A stretch of 64,000 bases of DNA from Bacteroidota bacterium (GCA_035524335.1 DATKPE010000055.1:1759-65758), one strand, 5' to 3'; shown: positions 46,000 through 56,739, counted from the stretch's first letter. The notes: generated from the letters alone by a model not told the origin. Translations and numbers: made by a program.

Positions 46000-47340
46000 A
46001 TGAAGATTTTTGCACCGCTGGTGTTGCTCTTCACCCTCGGCACACAGGCATTGTCGCAGACTGAAAACGCTCCGGCTTCCGTACCGGATTCCGCCGTGAC
46101 TGAACCGTTCGCATGGGGGGACTTCACGTGGCTGAACGGGAACGACCGGCGTCACACGGCACTGCTCGACTCGAAATACTTTACCGGCGAGTTTCTCCTC
46201 GATGCGAATTACACGGCGTCCAACCAGCATCCGATAGATCACACGGTCGTCGGATCGACCGCACTCGCGCGGGACAACGAATTCGAAATATCCTGCGCGG
46301 CTCTCGGCGGCGATTTTCACTACGACAACGTCCGCGGAAGAATACTCCTCCAGCTCGGTACAAGGGCGACCGTCGTTCCCCGGAACGACTTCAGCACCGG
46401 CCACGGGCAGTACGACCTTGCCGATGCGTACCGCTATTTCAGCGAGGCAAATGCGGGTTATCATTTCGACGCATGGCACGGCATCAACGTCGATGCGGGA
46501 CTCTTCATGTCCTACATCGGTCTCTTCTCGTACTACAACGCCGAAAACTGGGCATATCAGCCGTCCTTCACTTCGGACAATACGCCCTGGTTCTTCAACG
46601 GTCTCCGGGTTCAGACATTTCCGTCGGACCGCCTGAAAATCGAGGTCTGGCTCATCAACGGATGGCAGTCGTACGCCAAATTCAACAACGGCCCGGGCGT
46701 TGGATGCCAGATTCTCTGGCGGCCGCAGGAGTGGATTTCCATTCTGTCGAATAATTACATCGGCACCGACGGGCAGGACCTTCCGGACAGACGCCGCTTC
46801 CACAGCGACAACAGCCTTGAAATCCGTTATGCGGATGCTCCCGGCAGTTTTCTCAGGCGCGCAGCGTTTTCTATCACCCAGGACGCCGGCTTCGAACGCG
46901 GAGGCGGGGTCTCCGGATTCGGCACCGACGAAGGGCCACAGCAGTATTTCCTCAGCGGGATGATCTATCATCGCCTCTGGATGGCGAATGATCACATCGG
47001 GTGGACGTTGGGGGGAGGGTACATCAACAACCCCGGCCGGTACCTTGTCCTTCTGCCGACGGGGGATGCGGGACCGACGGGCACCCATCCGTTTTCCGCC
47101 GCGCCCGGCGATCAGTTCCACGGATGGGATTGCTCAACGACGCTCGACTGGATGCCGGATGATTTCATTACCTGGCGCATCGAAGTGGTTCATCGCCAGT
47201 CGGACGTTCCCTATTTCGCCGGTCCCGGAGGCGTCACCTCGCCCGACGGATACGTTACCACACCGCTTCCCCCGACCTGGAAGCCCGATCTGGTGACTTC
47301 GGAAACACGGTTTATCTTCGCCCTTCTGGTACGGTTCTGA
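46000..47340 (+). CDS. putative outer-membrane beta-barrel porin embedded in kdp locus
   Basis: Signal peptide 'MKIFAPLVLLFTLGTQALSQ'. Alternating amphipathic beta-strand character, abundant aromatic/Gly residues, C-terminal '...FIFALLVRF' ending in Phe. Start re-set to ATG 46000 because track ORF 45934 overlaps kdpB. Confidence 0.45.
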   Translation: MKIFAPLVLLFTLGTQALSQTENAPASVPDSAVTEPFAWGDFTWLNGNDRRHTALLDSKYFTGEFLLDANYTASNQHPIDHTVVGSTALARDNEFEISCAALGGDFHYDNVRGRILLQLGTRATVVPRNDFSTGHGQYDLADAYRYFSEANAGYHFDAWHGINVDAGLFMSYIGLFSYYNAENWAYQPSFTSDNTPWFFNGLRVQTFPSDRLKIEVWLINGWQSYAKFNNGPGVGCQILWRPQEWISILSNNYIGTDGQDLPDRRRFHSDNSLEIRYADAPGSFLRRAAFSITQDAGFERGGGVSGFGTDEGPQQYFLSGMIYHRLWMANDHIGWTLGGGYINNPGRYLVLLPTGDAGPTGTHPFSAAPGDQFHGWDCSTTLDWMPDDFITWRIEVVHRQSDVPYFAGPGGVTSPDGYVTTPLPPTWKPDLVTSETRFIFALLVRF

Positions 47341-47788
47341 CTGGCTGAATGCCGTACGTCCCCGGCACTGTTTTCCGGGACCGGGCTTGTTTAATGATGA
47401 GCGGTTATGTTGGATAATGAGAACAGATTACAGGCCGGTAATCCCGAGGAGCCCGAGGTGTTCCGGCCGCACTATTTACCCTACTACTGCGATCCGCTGG
47501 GATTAGCATCTGCTCGTCCCACCTCCCTGAGGAAGGCAGTATGTTTCCTGTGTTCGGCGGCTGTGGTGGCGACCGGAATTGCCGAACTGCTCTTCATTGT
47601 CGTTCTGATTCTGCGTTTTGTTATTTGAACTGCACCTTTGCAACGGATCGCACGATCCGGCATCCGAATTTCAGCCCTCTCTCTCTCCCTCTGGAAACCC
47701 GCGTAAATTGAAGGATTTCCTTGAAATATCAGTTCGCCGAAGGTGAATGACACCGAGATAATTTCCGATCCCTTTCTTATATTTGACC

Positions 47789-50470
47789 ATGACCGAACGA
47801 CCGTCGACTTACAGGCCGGATCCTGAATTACTTCTGAGGACGATACAGCGTGAACAGGACCGGCAGGGGAAGGGACTTCTGAAAATATTCTTCGGGATGT
47901 GCGCCGGAGTCGGGAAGACCTACAAAATGCTTCAGGCGGCGCAGGAGGCGAGGAAAAAGGGAACCGATGTGGCGATCGGATACGTCGAAACGCACCGGCG
48001 CGCCGAGACGGAGGCGCTTCTTCCCGGGCTTGCGGTCATTCCCCGCAAATCGGTCGAATACCGCGGCACGATCGTGGAGGAAATGGATCTCGATGCGATC
48101 ATCGCCCGGCGTCCTGCGCTGGTTCTCGTCGACGAACTCGCGCACACCAATGCGCCGGGAAGCCGTCACACCAAAAGATATCTCGACGTCAAGGAACTGC
48201 TCGACAACGGCATCAATGTCTATACCACGCTGAACGTTCAGCATCTCGAAAGCAGGGCTGATGCGGTCGCAAAGATCACCGGCGCGATCGTGCGCGAAAC
48301 CGTCCCCGATTCGATATTTGAGCAGGCCTCCGACATCGAGGTGATCGATCTCTCCCCCGACGAACTGCTGAAACGGCTGGCGGAAGGGAAGGTCTACACC
48401 CCCGACCGTTCCCGTCGGGCCGTCGACAATTTTTTCCGCAAGAGCAATCTGACCGCGCTCCGGGAGATGTCGCTCCGGATCACCGCCGAGCGGGTGGAAG
48501 ATCAGCTGAGGGATTACACGCAGGATGAACGGATCAGCGGGGCCTGGAAATCGGGCCAGCGGATCATCATGGGGATCAGCCCGAGTCCCTCGTCGGTGCA
48601 TCTTATCCGCTGGGCGCGGAGAATGGCGTTCACGATGAAGGTGAACTGGGTCGCGGTCTATGTAGAGCGGTCCCGCCCGCTGACCGAAACCGAGAAGCAC
48701 AAACTGGCGGAAAACATCGCGCTGGCACGCGAGCTCGGCGCCGAAATCGTCACAACTGCCGACGAGGACATTGCTTCCGGACTTCTGAGGGTGGCTCGGG
48801 AGCAGAATGCCACCCAGATCATCATCGGGAAATCGACGCACCGCTTCAGATTCCGGCGCCACATCCTGGACAGGGTCATCCGGGAGAGCGGCGACATCGA
48901 CCTTTATGTCGTCGGAGCTCTCGAGCCCGACACGGGAACACCGCTCTTCCGGATGTCCGGAAACCTGCAGGCCCGCGCGCTCCATTATCTGATCGCCGCC
49001 GGGGTGATCTCCGGTGTGTCGCTCGCTTGCTATCCGTTCCACGACATGCTCGGTTATCAGACCGTTTCCCTCATTCTCCTGCTCGTTGTTGCGCTCCTTC
49101 CCCTGCAGTTCGGGGCCGGCCCGGTTGTCCTTGCCGCACTGCTCAGCGCTCTGGTGTGGGATTATTTTTTCATTCCCCCGCGCTTCACGTTCCTGATCAC
49201 GTCGGGGCAGGATGTCCTCATGATTGTGGTCTATTTCGCCATCGCGGTGGTGACGGGTGTCCTCACAGTGCGGGTCAGGACACGTGAACGCACCGTCCGA
49301 CTCCGTGAAGAAAAGGCAACGGCGCTCTACACGCTCACCAACGATCTCTCGTCGGCGAACGGCCAGGATGCGGTGGTGCAGGCGGGTGTAAAGAACATCG
49401 GCCGCTTTTTCCAGGCCGATGTCGTGATTTTCCTGAACGAGCTCGACGGTGATTTCCTCAATGCTCCGCACGCCGCGAGCACATACACGCCGGATCAGAA
49501 GGAGCTCGGCGTCTCCGCGTGGGTCCATTGGAATGAAAAATCGGCGGGAAAGTACACCGACACCCTCCCGTTTGCTGAGGCAACCTACTTCCCCCTCTCC
49601 GGTCCCCGGTATCCGCTCGGCGTCATCGGGGTGAAACCGCGCCACCGCCTCACGCTCGACCAGGAAAATCTGCTTCAGAATTTCATCAGTCAGATTTCCT
49701 CGGCGCTCGACAGGGAGTTCCTGAACGAAATGGCGAAGCGCACCATCTCGATCGCGGAATCGGAACGCCTCTACACGACGCTCTTCAATTCCATCTCCCA
49801 CGAGATGAGAACGCCGATCACAGCGCTTCTCGGCACCGCGGAAACGCTTACCCGTCTTACCGGAGACGGACAGACCGATCTGCTCCGCCAGCTTGCTGCC
49901 GACGTGCAGTCCGCAACCTACCGGCTCGATCAGATCGTTCAAAACCTGCTCGACATGACGCGCCTCGAATCTGGTCTTCTGCGGCCGAATCTGGACTGGT
50001 GTGATCCCGGCGACCTGATCAATTCCGTTCTCCGTAAGCTCTCCGACGATCTTGCGGGGTACCCGGTGACGGTCGACCTGCCGGAAGGCATCCCCCTGCT
50101 CAAGCTCGATTTCACGCTGATCGAGCAGGCGCTCATCAACATTCTTCGGAACACCGCCACCCACACCGGAAAGGGAACCGCGATCCGCATCGCGGTGGCG
50201 GCGGCAGGAGGTAAGTGCATCCTTACAATTTCCGACACCGGCCCGGGGTTTCCCCAGGAAGCGCTCGGAAAGCTGTTCGATAAATTTTACCGGGGACCGG
50301 GATCCACAAGCGGCGGTCTCGGACTCGGCCTTTCCATTGCCCTCGGCTTCATCGAAGCGCACAACGGCTCTCTCACCGTCAGCAATGCCGAGGGAGGCGG
50401 CGCAATGTTCAGAATAATCCTCCCACTGCCGGAGGAAACGAACATCAGTCCGGAGACGAGGCATGAGTAA
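47789..50470 (+). CDS. kdpD: sensor histidine kinase KdpD (KdpD N-terminal domain + Usp + TM + HisKA/HATPase)
   Basis: 'GKGLLKIFFGMCAGVGKTYKMLQAAQEARKKGTDVAIGYVETHRRAETE' is the KdpD sensor domain. H-box 'SISHEMRTPIT'. G-boxes 'ISDTGPGF' and 'GGLGLGLSI'. ATG 47789 chosen (track uses TTG 47783). Confidence 0.9.
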   Translation: MTERPSTYRPDPELLLRTIQREQDRQGKGLLKIFFGMCAGVGKTYKMLQAAQEARKKGTDVAIGYVETHRRAETEALLPGLAVIPRKSVEYRGTIVEEMDLDAIIARRPALVLVDELAHTNAPGSRHTKRYLDVKELLDNGINVYTTLNVQHLESRADAVAKITGAIVRETVPDSIFEQASDIEVIDLSPDELLKRLAEGKVYTPDRSRRAVDNFFRKSNLTALREMSLRITAERVEDQLRDYTQDERISGAWKSGQRIIMGISPSPSSVHLIRWARRMAFTMKVNWVAVYVERSRPLTETEKHKLAENIALARELGAEIVTTADEDIASGLLRVAREQNATQIIIGKSTHRFRFRRHILDRVIRESGDIDLYVVGALEPDTGTPLFRMSGNLQARALHYLIAAGVISGVSLACYPFHDMLGYQTVSLILLLVVALLPLQFGAGPVVLAALLSALVWDYFFIPPRFTFLITSGQDVLMIVVYFAIAVVTGVLTVRVRTRERTVRLREEKATALYTLTNDLSSANGQDAVVQAGVKNIGRFFQADVVIFLNELDGDFLNAPHAASTYTPDQKELGVSAWVHWNEKSAGKYTDTLPFAEATYFPLSGPRYPLGVIGVKPRHRLTLDQENLLQNFISQISSALDREFLNEMAKRTISIAESERLYTTLFNSISHEMRTPITALLGTAETLTRLTGDGQTDLLRQLAADVQSATYRLDQIVQNLLDMTRLESGLLRPNLDWCDPGDLINSVLRKLSDDLAGYPVTVDLPEGIPLLKLDFTLIEQALINILRNTATHTGKGTAIRIAVAAAGGKCILTISDTGPGFPQEALGKLFDKFYRGPGSTSGGLGLGLSIALGFIEAHNGSLTVSNAEGGGAMFRIILPLPEETNISPETRHE

Positions 50471-51149
50471 CATTCCCCGCATTCTTGTGATCGATGACGA
50501 GCCCCAGATCCGCCGTCTGCTCGATGTCACACTCGGTTCCCAGCAGTACCGGGTTCTCCAGGCGGAAAACGGACGCGAGGGTCTGCGGCGGGCCGAGACC
50601 GACCGGCCGGATCTCATCATCCTGGACCTCGGACTGCCGGATGCCGACGGAAAGGATATTCTTCGCCAGCTCCGGAGCTGGACCGACCGTCCGGTGCTGA
50701 TCCTCTCGGTGCGGAATTCCGAGGATGACATTGTCGGCTGTCTCGACGCCGGAGCGGATGACTATCTCGTGAAGCCGTTCCGGACAGAGGAACTTCTGGC
50801 GCGGGTCCGGGCGGCGATGCGCCACCGGCAGGCGGCGCACGAATCGCCGCTCATCACCCTTGCGGGGATTGAAATCAACACCGATACGCGCGAGGTGAAA
50901 AAACAGGGATCGGTGCTGAAGCTCACCGCGATCGAATACTCCCTCCTCATGCTCTTCGTCCGGAATGCCGGCAGGGTCCTGACCCACCGCTACATTCTGG
51001 AACAGGTCTGGGGTCCCTCCTTTACCGATGAAACACAGTACACGCGCGTCTATGTCGGGTCCCTCCGGAAAAAAATCGAGGACAACCCGGCCCATCCCCG
51101 CATCCTCCTGACCGAATCGGGTATCGGTTACCGCTTTGCCGGGGAATAA
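50463..51149 (+). CDS. kdpE: OmpR-family response regulator KdpE
   Basis: REC domain 'ILVIDDEPQIRRLL...DLIILDLGLPDADG', then a winged-helix domain. 8-nt overlap with kdpD. Confidence 0.85.
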   Translation: MSNIPRILVIDDEPQIRRLLDVTLGSQQYRVLQAENGREGLRRAETDRPDLIILDLGLPDADGKDILRQLRSWTDRPVLILSVRNSEDDIVGCLDAGADDYLVKPFRTEELLARVRAAMRHRQAAHESPLITLAGIEINTDTREVKKQGSVLKLTAIEYSLLMLFVRNAGRVLTHRYILEQVWGPSFTDETQYTRVYVGSLRKKIEDNPAHPRILLTESGIGYRFAGE

Positions 51150-51261
51150 GGGTACTGTTGAAACTTATCCCGGATCTTGTTAGATTTCACACCTGATCCA
51201 CCATCAATTGGCCCTGCGGGTTTGTCTTCCGGCAGGATTCATACACCAGGAGATGAACCAC

Positions 51262-54200
51262 ATGCGCCGGATTATACGATTTTCCGTTTTCGCCGCCCTT
51301 TTTCTTCTTTTTACTCCCGGATCCCGACACCTGTATGCCAGACAACAACAGCCCGGCGTTGCCGTCGATCCCGACGGTGATGCAGATCCCGATCTTCCGG
51401 TGATTCAGGGCGTCACCGTCGACAAGGATCAATATCTGCAGGCGCGCGAGGCGCACATCGGCCTGCTCAGAGGGCTTCCCTATCCTCCGGGCGAGAATCC
51501 CCGCATACGGGCGATCCGGACGGCGGAGCGGACGATGAAAAGCTCCGGAGCCGCGCCCAACGCCCTCGTTCCGGCATGGACATTTGTCGGCCCGGTGAAC
51601 CTTCCCAACGGCCAGACCGAACTGAGCCGTCTTCCCGTGAGCGGCAGAGTCACCGCCATCGCCATCCATCCGACACATCCGGAAACAGTCTACGCCGGTA
51701 CCGCGCAGGGGGGCGTCTACCGGACGTTCAACGGTGGAGCATCGTGGACACCCATATTTGACAACGCGCTTTCCCTCTCCATCGGCGCACTGACCATCGA
51801 TCCGCTGAACACCTCCATCCTGTTCGTCGGCACGGGGGAGGGAAACACATCACTCGACAGTTATTTCGGCGTCGGGCTCTACATCGTCAGGAATGCAGAG
51901 ACCTCGCCGGTCCTCTCCGGGCCGTTCGCGACCGACTCGCTCTCCAATAATGTTCTGGCCTACCGGTCGATCAATAAAATCATCGTCGATCCGGCCAACG
52001 ACAACATCGTCTTTGTCGGCACCACCTCCGGCTACAGCGGTGCGAGCGGCGATGCGTACACCAACCGGCCTCCCCGCGGACTCTATCGCTCGACGAACGC
52101 ACTGGCCGCACAGCCGTTTTTCAGCGTTATCAATCTCGGTTCCGGAACCAATCCGATCATCAACGACATCATTACCGATCCGTCAAATCCCAATATCATG
52201 GTGGTGTCGGTCTACGGCCAGTCGAGCATCGGCATCACGGGGGGCTTTTACCGGACAACCGACGCGCTCGATCCCGTCCCCGCATTCACGAGCGTCCTGT
52301 CGCAGACCGATTTTCAGAATGTGAAGTTCTGCGCCAACAAGGTGGGATCGGTGGTGACCATGTATGCGGCGACCGCCGAATCGATCGGCACCCTCCGGGT
52401 GTCCCACGACGACGGCGTTACCTGGTCGGCTCCGATCGCGGCGGCGAACGGCTTCTGCTATTCACAATGCTGGTACGACATCGCCATCGCCATGTCGCCG
52501 ACCGATTCGTCCCGGGTCTACCTCGGCGGATCGGCCGCGAGCTACGGCAAGGGATCGAATGAGTTCAAATATACAACCAACGGGGGCGCCTCGTTCACCA
52601 ACAGCTCGACGAACCTCCACGCCGACGTGCATGCCATCGCCGTTGCCTCCGCGCCGAACAGCAACATCATCTATCTGGGCTGTGACGGCGGCATGTTCAG
52701 ATCGTCCAACAGCGGCGCAACCTGGTCCAGCATCAACACAAGCGGTTTTACCGCTCTCCAGTTCGAAAGCATCGCGCTTCACCACTCCAGCCGGAACTTC
52801 ACCATCGGCGGCACCCAGGACAACGGCACCCCGTGGATGAAGGCGAGCGGGACCTGGACGCAGGCCGACTGGGGTGACGGAGGGTTTGCGGCGATCGATC
52901 AGAGTTCCACCGACACCCTCAACGTCACCATGTACCACACATATTACAATCAGACCAACAACCTGGTCGGATATGCAAAGGTGGTCTCCGCCACCAACGC
53001 CGCCGACGGCAGCTGGGGATTCATCGGCAACGGCAGTAACGGCATCAGCCTGACCGACAATGTCCTGTTCTATGCGCCGCTCGTTCTCGGCCCCGGTACG
53101 CCGAACACCGTCTACTACGGGACTGACAGACTGTACAGATCCGCCAATCAGGGCGTCAGCAATACCGTCGTCAGCCAGGCTCCCATCACCGGTTCGCCGA
53201 TCACCGCGATCGGCATCGCCCGCGAGAACGACAACGTCCGGATCGTCGGACTTCAGGACGGCACGCTCTGGGCCACCACCACCGGGTCCGATACGCTCAC
53301 GAACGTCACCGGCGCCACACCGGGATATTATCCCGCCAGGATCGCGATCGACCCGGTCGATCAGAATACCGCCTACGTGACATACGACGGGTACGGTTCG
53401 GCGGTGACGCCGCTCCAGCACATCTGGAAAACCACGACTCTTTCGACCACGGCGACCTGGACCGCCTCGTCGAACGGCCTGCCCGATGTTCCCGTCAATG
53501 GCCTGGTCATCGATCCCAGAAAGGCGAGCGATCTTTACTGCGGCACGGATATCGGGGTCTTTTATTCCTCCGATGCCGGCGCGAACTGGTCGGTGTACGG
53601 CACCGGCCTTCCCCGCAGTGCCGTGTTCGACGTCGCCATCCAGGACTCGTTTCGTCTCCTCAGGGTCGCAACCCACGGGAAGGGGATGTGGGAAATTCCG
53701 ACGGCCTATCAGGGGGCGGCCATGGTGACGGTGAACGGCGTACTCCTCTCGAACTGGAACCTCCTTTCACTTCCGGTGAATCCCGCGAACGACAGCCTGA
53801 CGGCGCTCTATCCCGGCGCTCTGGGATCGGCGTTCCTCTACTCGTCCGGTTACGTTCCGACCACAACGCTTTCTGCCGGCAAAGGTTTCTGGCTCAGGGT
53901 CGGGAGCGCGCAGCCGTTCAGCCTCACGGGACAGGCTGTGACCGGCGATACGATACCGGTTTCGGCCGGGTGGAACATGATCGGAGCCGTCGGAGTTCCG
54001 GTGACCACATCGACCATTCTCTCACAGCCTCCGGGAATGACGACCTCGGCCTTTTTCGGATACAACGGGGCCTATGTCGCGAACGATACGCTTCAGCCGG
54101 GGTACGGGTACTGGGTCAATGCATCGCAGGCGGGATCGCTGATCCTGAACGGCGGGCCAAGGGCCGATTTCAGTACGGCGCGGATCCACATCCGGCCGAC

Positions 54201-54540
54201 GGCGGAGCTTCCGCCGTCTCCGCCGCACACCGATCAATCGGCCGGGAATGTGCCGACCGCCTTCCGGCTGGAACAGAATTATCCGAACCCGTTCAATCCC
54301 TCGACGACGATAAAGTTTGAGCTTCCGGCCGACAGCTATGTCAGGGTTTCCGTCGTCAATATTCTCGGCGAGGTCGTCGACAGGCTGGTCGACGGTGTGA
54401 GGAAGGCGGGATACTATAGTGTGGTCTGGAACGCCTCATCGCGGCCCAGCGGGATATATTTTTACCGCCTCGATGCCGGAAGCACCTCGCCGGCGGGGAA
54501 CGGTATCCATCAGATCCGGAAAATGCTTCTTCTGAAATAG
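51262..54540 (+). CDS. T9SS-secreted BNR/Asp-box repeat protein (sortilin/Vps10-like) with conserved pre-CTD module and T9SS C-terminal sorting domain
   Basis: Signal peptide 'MRRIIRFSVFAALFLLF' (start 51262, preceded by 'aggag'). Asp-boxes 'TFNGGASWT', 'SHDDGVTWS', 'TTNGGASFT', 'SSNSGATWS', 'SSDAGANWS'. C-terminus 'FRLEQNYPNPFNPSTTIKFELPADSYVRVSVVNILGEVVD...GIYFYRL'. Confidence 0.8.
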   Translation: MRRIIRFSVFAALFLLFTPGSRHLYARQQQPGVAVDPDGDADPDLPVIQGVTVDKDQYLQAREAHIGLLRGLPYPPGENPRIRAIRTAERTMKSSGAAPNALVPAWTFVGPVNLPNGQTELSRLPVSGRVTAIAIHPTHPETVYAGTAQGGVYRTFNGGASWTPIFDNALSLSIGALTIDPLNTSILFVGTGEGNTSLDSYFGVGLYIVRNAETSPVLSGPFATDSLSNNVLAYRSINKIIVDPANDNIVFVGTTSGYSGASGDAYTNRPPRGLYRSTNALAAQPFFSVINLGSGTNPIINDIITDPSNPNIMVVSVYGQSSIGITGGFYRTTDALDPVPAFTSVLSQTDFQNVKFCANKVGSVVTMYAATAESIGTLRVSHDDGVTWSAPIAAANGFCYSQCWYDIAIAMSPTDSSRVYLGGSAASYGKGSNEFKYTTNGGASFTNSSTNLHADVHAIAVASAPNSNIIYLGCDGGMFRSSNSGATWSSINTSGFTALQFESIALHHSSRNFTIGGTQDNGTPWMKASGTWTQADWGDGGFAAIDQSSTDTLNVTMYHTYYNQTNNLVGYAKVVSATNAADGSWGFIGNGSNGISLTDNVLFYAPLVLGPGTPNTVYYGTDRLYRSANQGVSNTVVSQAPITGSPITAIGIARENDNVRIVGLQDGTLWATTTGSDTLTNVTGATPGYYPARIAIDPVDQNTAYVTYDGYGSAVTPLQHIWKTTTLSTTATWTASSNGLPDVPVNGLVIDPRKASDLYCGTDIGVFYSSDAGANWSVYGTGLPRSAVFDVAIQDSFRLLRVATHGKGMWEIPTAYQGAAMVTVNGVLLSNWNLLSLPVNPANDSLTALYPGALGSAFLYSSGYVPTTTLSAGKGFWLRVGSAQPFSLTGQAVTGDTIPVSAGWNMIGAVGVPVTTSTILSQPPGMTTSAFFGYNGAYVANDTLQPGYGYWVNASQAGSLILNGGPRADFSTARIHIRPTAELPPSPPHTDQSAGNVPTAFRLEQNYPNPFNPSTTIKFELPADSYVRVSVVNILGEVVDRLVDGVRKAGYYSVVWNASSRPSGIYFYRLDAGSTSPAGNGIHQIRKMLLLK

Positions 54541-54550
54541 AAAGAATATG

Positions 54551-54590
54551 CCGGAGGGCGGGCGCAGAGTGTCCGCGCGCCCCCCTCCGG
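54551..54590. other. strong GC-rich hairpin (CCGGAGGGCGGGCGC-N9-GCGCGCCCCCCTCCGG) without U-tract
   Basis: Inverted repeat read directly, 11 nt after the BNR-T9SS gene stop. Confidence 0.4.
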
Positions 54591-54687
54591 AGATGTATCT
54601 GCAACTTTCCCTCCGTTTTTCCGCATACCGGTATACAGTCCCGGTACGTCCAACCACAATCATTTCGTCCAACGAGAGCAGAACCCT

Positions 54688-56739
54688 ATGATCCGTCCGC
54701 ATCGTTTCCTTTTCGCCCTGTCTTTTCTTTTCACTTTTCTTTGCGCCCGATCCGTTCATGCCCAGACCCCCGGGGGATTTTCCTCCGCCGGGATCGATTT
54801 TTCCATGATCGATTCGACGATCAGTCCATGTGAGGATTTTTACCAGTATGCGAACGGGCGATGGCTGTCGACCGCCCGGATCCCCGCAGACCGGGCGTCC
54901 TGGGGTACGGGAAGTCAGCTTTATGAACAGAACATTGCTATCATCCGCGACCTTCTCGGGTCTGCCGCGCGTGACGAATCCTCGCCGGCCGGAAGCATCA
55001 GGAGTAAAGTGGGAAGGTATTACCGGACCGGGATGGACAGCGCAGGGATCGAGAAGGCAGGCATCAGGCCGCTCGCCAGGGATCTGGCCGACATCGGTTC
55101 GATGCGCACCGCCGGAGATCTCGCCGGGGAGATTGCGTCGCTCCACCGCCGCGGCATCAGCGCCGCGTTCGGCTTTTTTGTCTACATGGATTTCAAGCAC
55201 GCCGCAAACAACATCGCTCAGCTGTATCAGGGCGGGCTCGCGATGCCGAACATGGAATACTATACAAAAACCGACGAAGCGTCCGAATCGATAAAGAAAA
55301 AATTCGTCGACCACGTGAAAGCGACGTTCGTGCTGATGGGCGACGGAGACGCGGAAGCGGAACGGGAAGCCGCGTCGGTCATGCGGATTGAAAGCGCTCT
55401 GGCGTCGGCCTCGATGCGGCCGGTTGAGGAACGGGATCCGAACGCCGTCTATCACATCTATACTCTGCCCGGGCTCGATTCACTCGCTCCGCAGTTTCCG
55501 TGGAAAATTTATTTTACGAAACTGGGTCTTCCCGGTGTGGCCGAGGTCAACGTGGGACAGCCGTCGTTTCTGAAGTTTGTCGCCCGCATGGCCGATTCCG
55601 TGCCGATGCCCGAGTGGCGGACGTATCTTCGCTGGCAGTTGGTGAACGCCGAGGCGCCGAGACTCGCGTCGGCATTTGTCGATGAGGATTTCCGCTTCAA
55701 CAGCGGCGTCATCCGGGGCACAAAGGAACTCAGCGCGCGGTGGAAACGTGTTCTCCGGGATGAGGACGCCGCGCTCGGCGAAGGCGTCGGACGGCTGTTC
55801 GTCGAAAAAACCTTCCCTCCGGCCGCGAAGGAACGCGCCCACACGCTCGTGGTGAATCTGCAGGCGGCGCTCCGGGACCGTATCATGCATCTCGACTGGA
55901 TCTCCGAGGAGACGCGGAAGGAGGCTCTCCGGAAGCTGAGTGCGCTGATGATCAAGGTGGGATACCCCGACCAATGGCGTGATTACTCCGCCCTCAAGAT
56001 CGACGGCTCGACGTTCGTCGAAAACGGCATGCAGGCCGATGAGTTCGAGTTCCAGCGCAACCTGGACAAGATCGGCAAGCCGCTCGACAGGACCGAATGG
56101 TCGATGACGCCATCGACGGTCGACGCGTATTACAATCCCAATTTCAATGAAATCGTTTTTCCCGCCGGGATTCTCCAGCCGCCGTTTTTCGATATGAATG
56201 CCGACGATGCGGCGATTTATGGAGGCATCGGGACGGTCATCGGGCACGAACTGACCCACGGGTACGACGATCAGGGGCGCCAGTTCGACGCGGAGGGGAA
56301 CCTGCGGGACTGGTGGACGAAGGAGGACGTCGATCACTATCAGGGCAGAGCTTCCGTCATCGCGAAGCAGTACAGCGGCTACCTGGCGGTCGACACAATG
56401 CACGTGAACGGGGAGCTGACGCTGGGAGAGAACATCGCCGATCAGGGGGGAGTCAAGATCGCCTATCTGGCCTACCGTGCGACCCGTGCGGGAAAAGGGG
56501 AACTGCCGGTGATCAACGGGTTCACGGGTGACCAGCGGTTTTTCCTGACCTTCGCGCAGGTATGGAAACGGATGACGCGGCCGGAATCGGTGCGGCTTAT
56601 GATCCTGAGCGATCCGCATTCGCCGCCGCGGTTCCGGGTGATCGGGTCGGTCTACAATCTGCAGGAATTCTCGCGGGCGTTCCGCTGTTCGTCCGGCGCG
56701 ATGGTCAATCCGCAGGCGGGCGCCGCGGCGATCTGGTAG
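54688..56739 (+). CDS. M13-family zinc metalloendopeptidase (neprilysin/PepO-like), secreted
   Basis: Signal peptide. Zincin motif 'VIGHELTHGYD'. Downstream 'ENIADQGG' and 'NAFY'-type motifs. 683 aa. Confidence 0.85.
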   Translation: MIRPHRFLFALSFLFTFLCARSVHAQTPGGFSSAGIDFSMIDSTISPCEDFYQYANGRWLSTARIPADRASWGTGSQLYEQNIAIIRDLLGSAARDESSPAGSIRSKVGRYYRTGMDSAGIEKAGIRPLARDLADIGSMRTAGDLAGEIASLHRRGISAAFGFFVYMDFKHAANNIAQLYQGGLAMPNMEYYTKTDEASESIKKKFVDHVKATFVLMGDGDAEAEREAASVMRIESALASASMRPVEERDPNAVYHIYTLPGLDSLAPQFPWKIYFTKLGLPGVAEVNVGQPSFLKFVARMADSVPMPEWRTYLRWQLVNAEAPRLASAFVDEDFRFNSGVIRGTKELSARWKRVLRDEDAALGEGVGRLFVEKTFPPAAKERAHTLVVNLQAALRDRIMHLDWISEETRKEALRKLSALMIKVGYPDQWRDYSALKIDGSTFVENGMQADEFEFQRNLDKIGKPLDRTEWSMTPSTVDAYYNPNFNEIVFPAGILQPPFFDMNADDAAIYGGIGTVIGHELTHGYDDQGRQFDAEGNLRDWWTKEDVDHYQGRASVIAKQYSGYLAVDTMHVNGELTLGENIADQGGVKIAYLAYRATRAGKGELPVINGFTGDQRFFLTFAQVWKRMTRPESVRLMILSDPHSPPRFRVIGSVYNLQEFSRAFRCSSGAMVNPQAGAAAIW

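Noticed and set aside
47828-50731. 967-aa minus-strand ORF opposite kdpD/kdpE
   Set aside because: KdpD sensor, H-box and G-box motifs are all in the + frame.
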